Assembly: GCA_965279585.1 (NCBI GenBank)
Contig: CBDIIG010000003.1
Span: 369,687 to 433,686 of the forward strand
Length of the DNA stretch: 64,000 nucleotides
Direction of reading: 5' to 3'
Source of the DNA: Sediminibacterium sp.
Lineage (GTDB): Bacteria; Bacteroidota; Bacteroidia; Chitinophagales; Chitinophagaceae
Both the position numbers and the translations under genes were made by a program. The notes under the pieces were generated by a model, which saw nothing but the letters and a program-made list of their open reading frames with translations, did no database searches and was not told the DNA's origin. Below, piece by piece: positions 1 through 12,731 of the stretch (position 1 is its first letter; each line of letters opens with the position of its first letter).

Positions 1-824
1 AATATCTAATTCTATTTCTTATATTTATTAGAGTAATTAACTTCTGCTTTTACCAAAATATGGTCTCTCTCAATTAATAAATATATAATACCTTTCCAAT
101 AATTAATTCATGCAATAATATGCCTATTGCATATATATCTGATGAGTACGAGGGAATTTATTTCTATAGTACTTCTGGCGCCATATACCCTGGAGTCCCA
201 CTTGTTTCATAAACATTTTAATTAATTTTAGATATTCCGAAGTCTGTAATTTTTAGGAAACCTTAACTGAATACCAAGTTTTCAGGTTTTATATCCCTAT
301 GAATTATCCCCTTAGAATGAATGTATTCTAGGCCTAACAACACACAAGCAATAAGAAACTCTGATATTTAAATTAATATACTTGTTTGATCTTCTTTGAA
401 TTGTTTTTATTTTGATATCTAATACCTGAGATCTCCGCCATTAGCATAATCTAATTAGAAATATAGATTTCTTTCATCTTAAAATGTTCTATGTAAATTA
501 ATTATGAAGGGATGCTTCAGAGTAATTAATATATTCCTCTCATAAAACACCTATTTTATGTTATTTTTTTCAAGTAACCTATTGTTTAGATAGATCTAAT
601 TACATTGATTTGCTCATAACCTTTAAAGCATAATGATTATTTTAAAACTAAATTTTCCAAACGTAACCGAATGCTCCTATCCCAATTACGCTCAAATAAA
701 TTATTTCAGGTTTTTTGTAAACACGGTGAGTATTGAGTGTAAATTATTGAGAGGTGGCTAGAGGTTTTAACCTTAGTTTTCTCAAATTAGTTAAACTCAA
801 TGATTTTTTATGGTTTTCATTCAT
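1..824 (-). CDS. AGC-group Ser/Thr protein kinase (3' end runs off window)
   Basis: Code-6 translation gives IGIGAFGYVWK, YALKVMSK, LKHPFIINL, DYANGGDLRY, ETSGTPGYMAPEV and DIYAIG, with 21-25 nt introns. Confidence 0.9.
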
Positions 825-911
825 TAGATAACGTATATATTTTTAATATAAATTACCCCTAAATCTATTATTCCATTTTCAATAATAAATTTGTAGAATA
901 TTTATTCTCTT

Positions 912-2732
912 ATGTCATCTCAACTAAGTAGTTAGATCAACAACTAGCAATGTACTCTTTTATTAATATAACATTACAATAGAATAAAATTATTTGCAGC
1001 AAAGAAAACAATAATTAACATAAGGACTCATTATACCAAGGTCCATGCAAGAGCTAAATAAATTTGATCAAAGAAAATTCGGAGTTACTATAAGCAGTGG
1101 ATTCATCGGTCCCATCAAGAATAATAAATATTTGGAGAGCTAGCATTTTATGTTTTATATCAATCTACTAAATCATGTCTATAGAGATAAGAGAATTTTG
1201 GCTTTTGACTTTTATGTTTTTTGTGATTTTATGCCTAATTTAGTAAAGGAAACATAGCAATATTCATAAAAACAAAAAGAGTAGATGTAATTCAACTAAA
1301 GAAGATTAGAGATAAATAGAAATATCTAAATGATCTAATAAACTATAGAAACTAATTATAAAAGTATGGAATAATCCAAAGAAAGAATCGATTATTATCA
1401 ATAAGATTTAGCAATATTAATGTCAAGTATTGAAGAAAATCATATATTTCCATCAAATTAAGAATTTTATTCTGTTTGGGGAAATAAGGATGATGTAAGT
1501 ACAGTCAAAAGCACATAAAGTTAAATAATTAAGGCTTCTTAATAAGAGTAAAATTAGTAAACTAAAGAAACATAATTAATTTAATCTGATGTATAGATAA
1601 AAAAAAATATTACTATTGCCTCAATTTAATTATGCGAAAATAACTCAAGCCAAGACAAATCATCACAAGATTTATTAAAAGCAGGAATTATAACAGGAGA
1701 TACTAATCATGAGCTTAATTAAACATAAATTGAATAGGGAGCATCTGAACCAACCGAAAGAGCCATTGAAGTTGAGTAATAAAACTAAAAAATAGATAAT
1801 GAAGGATAAATTCAAATTGAAAAAGCATAATTTGAGAGTTCTTAGGCAAATAGTGAACCAACAAACAATTCAGAGTTATTAAAAACCTAGGAATCATCAG
1901 TTTAAGAAAATTCTTAATTATTGTCGTAAAATTAGGATCAATCATAATAAAAAATTTCAAACATAGCAATTTAATCCTTTAAAATCGATGAAGAAACTAA
2001 AAAAGAGAATGAGAGAGCCGCCAGATAGGGGCATATTAATCAAATTTAATAATAAATAGCAGAATTAGAACAATAGTTAATAAAAATGCAAAATGATAAT
2101 AATTAAAATTAATCTATAATACCAATATTGCAATAAGAACTATTTAATATAGTAGAATAACTTAAAAGAATTTAGTAAGAAATAAACTACCTTTCATATG
2201 ATTAAAAAAAGCTAAATGAAGCTATGAAGGATACTATGAGAGAGTTTAGATATTAAACTAAGGACTAATTCTTAACCAAAAGCGATAAATTTTATTTCCC
2301 TATTAACCTAAATAATAACCATTGGATTTCAATCGTTGTTGATACAGTTAGAGGTAGAATATTTTATCTAGATTCTTTAAGTAGAAACTACAGATAAGAT
2401 ATCGTTTATGGATTATATTAAATTTTTCAAAATTATTTAGATCTTGATATTACATAATATAAGATTGAGTCAGACAGCCCCTAATAACAAAATGCGTAAT
2501 TATTTTATATTTTAATAGATTTGATTGTGGTATTTTTGCACTTCTAGCATTATTATATACTTATTAATCAACTAGGCCTAAGCTATGTGAAATGAGAGAT
2601 ATATACCAATATTCATAAACTTTGGTTAGTGAATATAGAAAAAGAGTCCTAGTTGATATTGCCATAATAGCCTCTTAAAAAAATGAATTCTAATCATCAG
2701 ATTTAGAATTTATCATTGAAAATGAATTATGA
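912..2732 (+). CDS. Ulp1/SENP-like C48 cysteine protease with long Q/E/N-rich insert (copy 1)
   Basis: FYFPINLNNNHWISIVVD...FYLDSL...PQQQNAFDCGIF gives an intact His-Asp-Cys triad. The start at 912 assumes a 31-nt intron (952-982); an alternative ATG is at 1045. Confidence 0.8.
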
Positions 2733-2747
2733 TATTAAATATAAATA

Positions 2748-4263
2748 ATGAATGAATTAAAAGCTCTAGAAAAACAAATATAATTTTAAGGACTGGATTA
2801 TAGCAAATACAAAAATTTTGATTTTAGAAAGCATGGTGTCACAATAAACTATGATTTTATTAAAGAGATTTTGACCAATTAATACCTGACATCTTAACAT
2901 TTTCTATTTTTCATGAATGTGTTTTCAAACTATTTTGATGACAAATTAGTTTACTTAGACCCCTATATGTTTTCATAAGATTACATGCCAGAATTGGTAA
3001 CAGGTTTTGTACTAAAAAATGTTGGTTTTCAATAATTTGAAGAGCAAAAACCATAATAGATTTAAAAACAAGAAGAATTATTTAGTGATAAATAATAAAT
3101 TATATTTAAAGCGTAATCATTAATTCAATCATCATAACAAAAATAATCAGAGGAATACAAACCTTAATTGATTTAGAAACAAGAATTATAAATAAGCAGT
3201 GATAAAAAATACAATAATGATAAAACTGGACAAGAGTATGTAAAGTTATCATAAATTCCATCATAATAACTAAAATAGAATAATTAGAAATAATAAAATT
3301 CAAAATAGAATTAATAAATAAATAACATGCAATAAACTCAAGCCAACACAAAAGTATAGAAAAAAGATTAATAAAATACATCAGTTAAGGGTTAAAATAA
3401 TAGTAAAGTTTTACAAGTTCAATCAGCCGTTATTTCAAAAAGGGAAAAGGAAGAAACGACACCAATAATTCCATAAAGTTTAGTACTTAAGAAACCTAAT
3501 TTGAGTAACACCAAGCCTTAAATTTAAGATGGCATCGAAAAGTAATAAAAATAGTAGCAAACAGTGCAATACGTAGATGTCAAGCACAATTAAATTTAAA
3601 AATAAAAATAAACTTAGAAAGAACCTGAGCAAAATTAAGGTACGTTAGATATATTAGATAACCGATATAATTTTTAAAATAATAATTCATTAGTAGTTTA
3701 ATAAAATTTACAAACTTAAGGTAAACAATAAATTGAAGATGACAATCAAAGACGTTAATAACAGCAGGCCAGATCTGGAAAAATATCGAAAATATTCAAG
3801 GAACTAAAATCGTATTATAATTTTAAACAAAATCCATTTTAAGAGACAGGTGTTTCCTTTATACCTATTAATATTACTAATTCTCATTGGATATGTTCTA
3901 TAATATTTCCTGAAAAATAAATTATTCAATATTGTGATTCTTTAGATAACCGAGATATAAGAATAGAAGAAGGATTATTGTAGCTTGCTAACCATTCAGG
4001 AGAAATTATAAATTGGAAATTTGTTTATGAGTCACCTAAATAGTCAAATAAGTAATTATTTTAAATAATAAAGTTATGATTGTGGCGTTTTTTGCTTGAG
4101 AGCTTTGTATTAGGTTATGAAAACTAAATAGCCTATTAAAAAAAATGATTATAGTTAAACATCTGTAAGCTAATTTAGAAAAAATCTTGCAAAGCTATCT
4201 ATAATTACAAGCCAAATAGATATTTCTTAATAACTAGTGATTTAAATTTTAGAATAAGATTGA
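2748..4263 (+). CDS. Ulp1/SENP-like C48 cysteine protease with long Q/K/N-rich insert (copy 2, tandem paralog)
   Basis: FIPINITNSHWICSII...QYCDSL...PKQSNNYDCGVFC. The intron is at the same position and phase as in copy 1. Confidence 0.8.
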
Positions 4264-4315
4264 ATATGATATCAACTATTATAAAATAAAAAAACATTTT
4301 TCTTTAATTAATATA

Positions 4316-5636
4316 TCACTATAATGCTTCTATTTGTGTCATTAAGGCATTCATCTTATTTAAAACATTTGCTCTCGCTGGAGGTGGGAGTCCATCATAT
4401 TCTTTCTTGCAAGTTTCGAGTTACTATAATATTATATTTTAATATACAGTTGCTAGTTAAGCAAATGGTCCAATTTAATCAAACTAATATAATTTTGCTT
4501 TTGAATCAATAATTGAAGCTATTTTAGCTCTAGCCTAATTGTATCTAATCTCATCTAATGTTTAAATGAATTCTTCAACAGGTTTATTCTATATATTTTA
4601 TTTGTAAGTTTTGATTTATTAGGAATACTTTTCCTTCAATAAATTAAGATGGTCTTCGTTTTATTTTTTGGTCCAAGTATTATTATCATTCTATAAAAAC
4701 TATTAAAATGAACTCACTATTTTAATCAAATTTGTTTTTGATGTTTAAAAGTACATGACCTATTTTGATTATAAATAAATATTACAGCTTAATCAGGATT
4801 CTTATCAAGTTTTCTTAATCCTTTTAGAATAGAGGGAAATTAAGGATGTTAATTTGGAGCGTGTTCAGGTACTTGTAATGTCGTAATCTTTTCCTTATTT
4901 TCAAAATTAATCGATTCAAGTGCTGTTTTCAAATTTATATTTGCTACAGCAACAGGCCAATTTATATCAACTCTAATTTTCTATTTTCCTTAATTGAATT
5001 CTGGGAACTCAACGTTTTGTACATCGGATTCTTATTATTCTTGATTTCATATTAAAATAATACATTATTTCTATTTTTATGGAATAGGAAATGATGCTTA
5101 TTCTTCAATTTATTTTACTTATCCTGGTTATGGAAAGAATGTCTCAGATTCTTCTTACTTTGGAGGAGCTGGGGGTGGAGGAGCTTGCCTTATTTATTTT
5201 TATTGTATTTACTAAGGAGGTTGAGGAGGTGCTTAAACTTGTTGTGGTGGATTCGGAGCTTACGGGGGAGGATTTGGTGCCTACTATGGAGGAGGAGCAG
5301 GCTTAGGTGGTTATGGAACTGGAGGACCAGCAGCCTTTGGAGCAGGAGGACCACCAGCTTTTGGAGGAGGTGGTGGTGGCTATGGTGTTATATTTTAATA
5401 ATTACTAGTCCTTTTGGAGGTGGAGGTGGTGGTGGTGGGGGAGGAGCTGCCTTATTAACAGTTACTGTAGTTTTAGGTGCATCCTGGAATTATGTTGGTC
5501 CATTCAGAGCAGCCAATTTAGCCTCGACCTCTCCTGTTTTTTATGGTTTCTTTCCTTCTTCTTCTTTTGCTCTCTCCTCAGGAGTCATAGCATCCAGCTA
5601 CTTTTTACGTAGCTTCGCTTACAATTCTGCCATCAT
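4316..5636 (-). CDS. Proline-rich protein (polyproline tracts, possible WH2-like motif), hypothetical cytoskeletal adaptor
   Basis: MMAELQAKLRKK...AAPPPPPPPPPKG/PPPPPPKAGGPPAP, then a helical C-terminal region. It has about 4 short introns and ends in TGA at 4316. Confidence 0.65.
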
Positions 5637-5664
5637 TTTTGTAAAAAAAAAATATATATATAAA

Positions 5665-6411
5665 TCATTCTAGTTGCTTTTTAATGTCCTCTTAATTCTT
5701 TTTTGCTTCTTCAACATTAATTTATGGAACATTCGCTAATTATGTTTTGATCATTTCTTTTCTATCTTCATAGTGGCCTGTATTTTGAAAAACGCTTAAA
5801 TGATTTCTGATCCTAGCTAACTATTCCTAAAGCAAGTTTAATTTATCCTGATCTTGTGTTTATTCATAATTAATTACCTGGTTCTTCGAGACTCATTTCA
5901 ACAGCTATTTAGAGAACAATTTCTTCTTCTAATTATTCATATTCAAGCTTAACTTTCAAAGATTCAATTCTATAATCATCATCACTACTTTCTCCTTATG
6001 AATCTTCTTATTCATCGCCAACCAATTACTTAAATGCTTGAATTTCTCTTAATTTATTTTAATAGGACATTTCTGCCTTGAAAACTTCATAATCTCCTAA
6101 TGCTAGTAATTAATCAACATCAATTTCATTGGATTTAATCAATTCTTTGATCACCTAAAATTATTCATTTTATAAACTTCTTGTTGTAACTCTTCGTTAT
6201 CTAATCCCAAATTTTGCATGAACTAATCATAAACTGATGCCATTTCTTTTTGAAAATTTTTAAATAACTAATTATGATGCATATCATTTTCATCACTTTC
6301 TTGAAAGAATATGCAATTTTCTTCGACAAAACTATTATATTATGATTGCCATTCAGGACTTAAAAGCATTTGTATTAGTACATCACGGATTGTTTATTTT
6401 TGATCTGCCAT
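5665..6411 (-). CDS. BART-domain protein, CFAP36/CCDC104-like
   Basis: LLSPEWQSQYNSFVEENCIFFQESDEND...FKNFQKEM...DYEVFKAEM fits a BART domain, followed by a coiled-coil C-terminus. Confidence 0.7.
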
Positions 6412-6415
6412 ATTA

Positions 6416-7616
6416 ATGAAATTAATTTAATATTTTGGGCGTAAAATAACAAAAAATGTTAAACAGGTTTTATAGGCAAAGTTGCCTGAAGATGAAGAAT
6501 TTAAGACCTTAGTGAAAAAGGATAATATGAGTAGTATATTATTAAAGGATGAGAATTATCCTCAACCAAAAAGAGGGGATTCTAAATTACCTCATGTTAA
6601 GGAAAAATTGGATTAAGAAGATGATACATTTCTCACTTAAAATGAAAGAGTAAAAAAACTCATAATTAATTTTAGGTTGAAAGAGCACTTGATAGATTAT
6701 AAATGTTTGATAAATCGAAAATAAATATTATAAAATTATTCGCTAAGGAGGACTTATTTTTACAAAAGAAATTGTCTGAAGAAAATGCTGAATATGAATA
6801 AAAGAAAGTGGCAGAAAAGAGAAAGAAGGAATTTAAAAATGTTTATAAATAATTCAAAGAAGTTGGTTTGGAAGATGATCCTTAAAATGAAGAAGTATAT
6901 TAAATTTTAATCTTTAGTAAATTCCTATGTTTAACAAACTTACAGAAGAGTAGAAGGAAGATTAGATTGATTATTTGATGGATAAGTATGACAAAGAGAG
7001 AAAAATAGATCCTTATTTATTATAAAGGGCAAGAACAGGTAAAAATTATAGAGAATTTATACAATAATATTTATTTGACTCTAAATCATAAATAAAGAAT
7101 TCAGGTGTTGAATAACCTATTGAGATAATGTCTGTTGTAACAAATCAGTCTTGTTCGGTTTGCTGGGTATATTGGAGATTTATACTTCAAACAGATGTTG
7201 AACATAAAGAAAATGTTAATAAATAACTAAACAATTTTGCTAAACCATTAAGAGGAAAAATGTGCAAGAGTTTAGGCCTAAAATTTGCCCCCGATATTAG
7301 ATTTAAATATGATTATCAAGATGATACCATTTAGGAATTTAGTTAATAAGTATCAGATGTAGCAGAAGATATGGTTTAGGAGGAATTATATGAGAAATAT
7401 AAATCCGGGCTGATAGGTAGGAAAATATCCAAATTGCAATATGATTAAATGGTTTAACAAGTGAAGGAGAATTCATAAAAAATACTATAAAATTAAGGTT
7501 TGCTTTCTCCAGTTAGTGTGTCGAATAAAACAGTTCCTGAAAATAAGTTAATTCATAAAACAGAAAATAAATCTAAAAAGAACTCTAATGCAGATAAGTT
7601 TTGGTAAAATTTATGA
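6416..7616 (+). CDS. RBFA: Mitochondrial ribosome-binding factor A (RbfA-like)
   Basis: RARTGKNYREFIQQYL...IEIMSVVTNQSCSVCWVYW...LRGKMCKSLGLKFAPDIRFKYD fits the RbfA KH-like pattern. The basic N-terminus resembles a presequence. Confidence 0.7.
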
Positions 7617-7646
7617 AAATAGATAAATAATTAAAAAAAATTTCAT

Positions 7647-8956
7647 TCATTTCTTCCACATTTTCTACTTAAATTATTTTTATGCATAAGGATTTCCGTT
7701 ATAAGTCTGATTAGGCGAATGTGCTCTTTATCTATTCCCCATTGGTTTAAACTACATAGCAGGTTGACTAGTTGCTTCATTTCTTTGATTTGAACTTGTA
7801 TTTCGCTTATAGGGTGTCACTTATAATCGAGGAGCCCTTAACTGATTGGGAGCAGTCTAAGGTCTTCTAGGATTATTATTAGCCTATTATTAGCTTTAAG
7901 TTAATTATGCTTATCCTGAAGATTGCATCAATTATTATTATTAAAGTGGCTGACTCTTAAGAAAGAACTATTCGCCACTATCCATAAAATTATTATTTTT
8001 CTTTGGTTTATAAGTGGCTATGATTAAAAAAATATGTACATGAAGCTTCTGGTAGTTTTTAATTACTTTCAGATTTATTTACTCTTTTAACATCTTATGA
8101 TATTGGTCTAGCTGGAGGTTCTTTGATCTAAATGGGAAGTTAAGGAGGTTAAGGTAAGGGCATAACTTATTGATCTTTAAGCTCTTTTTATTTTAAAATT
8201 GTTCTAGCTGACACTGAAGCACTTTTTCTTTTTTAAAATGTTATTTTATCATATGAGGGTATAAATAATGTAACTTTTTCTGCAAATGTTAATCTTGATG
8301 ATTATAATAAAATTTTTACTTATTTTGTTTAACTTTATTAACATCATGATCTTTGAATTCAGCAACTCCCAAAGATTAAGAATTAATATAAGTGTTACGG
8401 AGGACCACTTCTTCTGGATCTCCTTATGTATATATTTCATCCCAGTTATATGTTTTAGCTCCGAAGCCATTTTTCTGAAACCTGCTTTCTAATTACAATA
8501 ATTGATTAAAGAAGTTAGCCCTAATTTCAAGATCATGCCTTCTATTATGCATATATTAAAGTGTCTTATAGAGTGTCCATCTATATTTCTTCATAAAGTA
8601 TACGCAGAGAACAACTATGCTTCTATTATGACCTTTAATTGAATGAACAATCACACTTTCTCCTTTATTTAATGCCTCATCAATAAATGCAATGCAATTA
8701 TTTATTGCCTCATCAGTTTAAAATATAGCCTTTTTGAATTTACATTTAAATGTACCTAACTTTCGTTATCTAACCAAGGATAGGACAAGTATACAATTCC
8801 GATGGTTTCCCAATGATTAGGAATTTATTTACCTGCACAATTAACAATACGAGTCACTTTATTAGTTACAATGAATTCCAGATCCTATGCAGCAAATTAA
8901 TCACCTAAGAACAAGCCGTCTTTTATCTTAAGCGCTCCAATATAATCATATTCCAT
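7647..8956 (-). CDS. Dual-specificity phosphatase-domain protein, probable pseudophosphatase
   Basis: GALKIKDGLFLGDQFAAQDLEFIVTNKVTRIVNCAG; the signature loop reads VIVHSIKGHNRS; a low-complexity tail follows. Confidence 0.85.
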
Positions 8957-8975
8957 TATATTTAAAAATTAATAT

Positions 8976-9683
8976 TCATTCTTTTTATCTCCTAATTTCA
9001 TCGGGTCTTCTGATTTCTTCAGCTGGAGTCTCTTATTTTGGATCTCTAATTGTAACTTTATCTGGTAACTAGAAGGGAACGCCTGTAATACCAGAAGGAT
9101 CGTATTATTTGAAGATCTTTACTTTTACACCAATCATTCCTTATTTGAAGAAGACGTGTCTCATAGAGACATCAACCATATCATTTTTGGGTTGACCAGT
9201 TGAGATAATATAACCAGCTCTATATTTCATAGATTTGGCTCTTTATTATCCTAATTTTCCTGATATGATGATTTCAGCACCAACAGCTCCTGCAGATGTA
9301 ATTTCCTTAAGAACAGCGTTAGCAGCAGTTCTGACTGGTACTTAATCAAGTAATTTCTTCTTCAAAAGTTCGGCTTAAGCTGGGGCACATAATCCTGCCT
9401 TTTGGATTTTTTCAACTTTGATTTCAAGTCCATCCTTTGAGAATCCGAATCTCTTTTGGATTAATGATGTAATCTCTCTAATTTTTCTGCTTTCTTCTCC
9501 CAAAACAGCTCTTGAATTAGTTGCCTTCAAGTGGATGACAACCTATGTGAGAGTTCTCTTGAGATAGAATCCAGCATATCCTGCATCTGGTAAGATTCTG
9601 CTGAAGAGAGAGTGTAACTCAGCTTCGAACACTCCGTCTGCCACAAATTTTCTCTTTTTGCTGATTTATGTTGTCTTATTCAT
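8976..9683 (-). CDS. RPS3: 40S ribosomal protein S3 (uS3)
   Basis: KKRKFVADGVFEAELHSLFSRIL...KIREITSLIQKRFGF...GLCAPAQAEL; no intron apparent. Confidence 0.97.
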
Positions 9684-9787
9684 AATGAAATTTTAAATAA
9701 TTTAATAAAGATTTTAACAATCCTCTTGAATTATGAAATCAAAAAAAAAATTTATATATTCTCTAATAAAATTTTTATTTTTAATAT

Positions 9788-10864
9788 ATGCAAGGGGACA
9801 TTAATATACCAAAAACCAAAGCAGTTAATATTTTCATACAATTTGCTAGGGTCCTATTCTACTTGTATGTGATTGGGCATGTTCTTCAGAACATAACAAC
9901 TAATCAAGTTTGTTCAAGTACTTCCTAGATTATATTAAATAGTTGATGGTTAAAAGCTTATAAATTTGAATTAAAAAGGCTCATTTGTTCTAATATTATT
10001 AAATCTGATTTCAATGTTTTTCGTTTGGCTTAAAGAGCCTTTTGCAAGGTATTTTTAGTTTAAAAAGACTTGAATTTTTTGTAATGTATGCAGTTAATAT
10101 TTGTTGGAGTCTCATTTTAGTTTCCCAAGCATATTTAGATATAGTTACCAATGAAAATGAATGCCCAGGGGTGATACTTTCTCAGAAACTAATAATTGTT
10201 TTTCATTTGAAAGTGCATGCAGAAGTAATATTGAAATAAAAGTAATCTAAAATAGGTCTTATTTACATTTTTGTCGCCTGTATTATTTGCATTCAGACAA
10301 ATATATTTGCCAACAACACTATATCCCGTATATTTGTTTTTTACTGCCTTAAATTCATAAATTGACTGCTCTAAAGATGTTGAAGACATTTTATTTGGAG
10401 TTATTTTCTTAAATATAATACTATTTGGTATTGGACTGCCATTAAATTTTGCTTTACTATGCTCAAAGAAGCCTACAGCTCCAAACTTATTCAGATTTTT
10501 ATTAATGATCGGAATTATCGGACAGGGTGGAATAATGGGTATAAAATTAAAATTTATACAAGCTCTAACTTACTAATCTGAATCAAATACTAATAAAGAA
10601 TGTAGCGAAACAGCCTTGTTTATTCAATCATACCCATTTATTATCCCAATATCAATATTGTTTTCCCTCTCATTGATGTTTTCACTTCCTGCATTTGACC
10701 ATGAAGATATAAAATAAAAATTAATGGAGTAAAGATTAAAACCATAAATAAACTAAAATTAAATACTTCCTTAATAAGATAGTCCTTAAAAAGATGATAA
10801 CTTGAATTAAAAATCGGTAATAAATGATGGTAAATCAATGTATGGAACTGTGTTAAGAAGATGA
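9788..10864 (+). CDS. Multi-pass membrane protein (possibly 7TM-like), hypothetical
   Basis: Several hydrophobic segments (FFVMYAVNICWSLILV; VLFTFLSPVLFAF; ILFGVIFLNIILFGIGLPL; FIIPISILFSLSLMFSL) and a Q-rich tail. The 5' exon structure is uncertain. Confidence 0.55.
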
Positions 10865-10906
10865 ATTTTATAAAAAAAATAATTTATCTAATACATTAAT
10901 TATAGT

Positions 10907-12023
10907 TCAATAGTAAGTTTTATAAAGAGAATTATCTCTTTTAGTGCAAGTTGGGCATATATATTCAGCATAATCCCCTATTTAGGATTTTGGATTTTCA
11001 ATTTCAATACAGAAGTATTTGCATTATCCACATCCAGCTATGAAGGGCTAATATTTAACCTTCATATACTCTATCTAATTTAATATTAGTTTTTCAAAGA
11101 AATTTTCTTTCAAAACAGCTTCTAGATTTTTTATGAGACTTTGACTGAACTTTGTCTAACATACACAGGTTATATTGTAATATCCATTACTTAATTGACG
11201 TTTAATATTATCTCTTAAGCAATTATAATGGAATGTATGTTGACAAGTTGTAACAAATGCATCTTAATCAATAATGAAACAACATGACTTACAATTCATT
11301 TTTTACTCAATCATTATAGATTCGTACATATCAATATCAGTTTCTTAAGTTGTTTAGAATTTTTAACTTTTCTCAGATTCTACTGAATAATTACTTTCAA
11401 TTACAATGTTATTTTCAGGTTGGGTTGTCTATTTTTTTTTAAACTCAATAATCGCATTTTCATCCTTACCAGTTTCTTTGATGTAATGGTTATCTTAATA
11501 TTTTTTCTCAGATTCTACTGAGCTATTACTATCTATCAATACACCCCCATATGGTTTCATCGTATTTGTCTAATTCACTTTTTTCTCTTAAATATAATTA
11601 TATTGATCTTATGTTCTCGTTGGTGCTCTGTGTTATGTATTTTACTATTTAACCAAAGGTTTAGGTGGAAAATTATTGTAAGGATAATTTTGGATACCAG
11701 GTTCTAGTTTATTTTTTTGCTCGTTTAACTTCTATTCCTTCAAATCATTGCTATTGAATTTATTTTGTTGTAAAAAATTTCCATATTTGCTTTATTGGTT
11801 AATTGTATAGTTTTTCTAATTATGGATAGACAACTCAGGAGTGTGCTATCTGTACAAAGGAACTTAAGTATTTAGTGGACTCACGGATAAAATCCTTATT
11901 TTCGAACTTTATGTATTATTTCCTAAATTGGGCTGACGTTGGTATTCTTGTTTTTAAATTTTTTTCATATTAAATTAACTGAATTTTTACATCCTTATTT
12001 TTATGAACCAATTATCTATTCAT
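10907..12023 (-). CDS. RING-finger protein with partial IBR-like Cys cluster (RBR-like E3)
   Basis: CKSCCFIIDQDAFVTTCQHTFHYNCL...ITCVC, then CGQCKYFC...CPTC, after a low-complexity N-terminus. Confidence 0.7.
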
Positions 12024-12084
12024 TACTTATATAAGAACATTTAAAATAAATATATTCAATATTCAATAAAAAAAGAAAAAATAA

Positions 12085-12705
12085 TCATGCTCTGAAGTAA
12101 TTGTGTTTTTATCTAGCAAGGTGTCGATCAGTTTATAAAACTTTAGCAAATCTCTCTGATACTATATCCTTCAAACCAAATTAATTCACATTTTCTTGAA
12201 TCTCTAAACCTTATTTTAAAAAGGATTATTTTACTCTAGACACACTACTTATTTTGTTAACTACCAATACACCTGTCCCATCTGCTTCATTAGTTATTTT
12301 ATTATAATTATTTCTACAATATAAAATCGACACTCCTTCATTATACAAGCTCTTCTTTAAAGTTTTCTCTTAAAAATTGTTTTATAAGCCTTTAACCTTA
12401 AACTTTACAAACTCCCCTTTCTCAACACTCAAATCTTTTTCAATTTTATTATTTATTCTAGATGTTCCAACTGTAAATTCTTTTGTTGGTGTTAGTGATC
12501 GAGTCAAATCTATTCTTTCTGGATAAATTCTATTACTAAGATCTCTGACTCTAGGAGAGATACTATTATTTTTTGGAGTAAATTTATTTCTTTAATAGGT
12601 GTCAAGTAAATTGCATTTTGGTATATAGGATTTGCTTAAATCTGTGTCGATTGGAAAAAGATAGTCTCTTGGATGATCTAATTAGCTTGGAAATCTAGAT
12701 CTCAT
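12085..12705 (-). CDS. Hypothetical protein, possible degenerate RRM-like C-terminus
   Basis: Open code-6 frame MRSRFPSQLDHPRDYLF...FVKFKVKGLQNNFQEKTLKKSL...DRHLARQKHNYFRA-TGA. Confidence 0.55.
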
Positions 12706-12731
12706 TTGCAGTTAAAATATTTTATTAATAA

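Noticed and set aside
912-4263. Ulp1 pair as cargo of a DNA transposon
   Set aside because: No transposase, terminal inverted repeats or target-site duplication is visible, and the flanks are ordinary intron-containing genes.
5185-5673. 162-aa plus-strand ORF with a Gly run
   Set aside because: It is the antisense shadow of the polyproline gene; CCA/CCT codons read as GGN.
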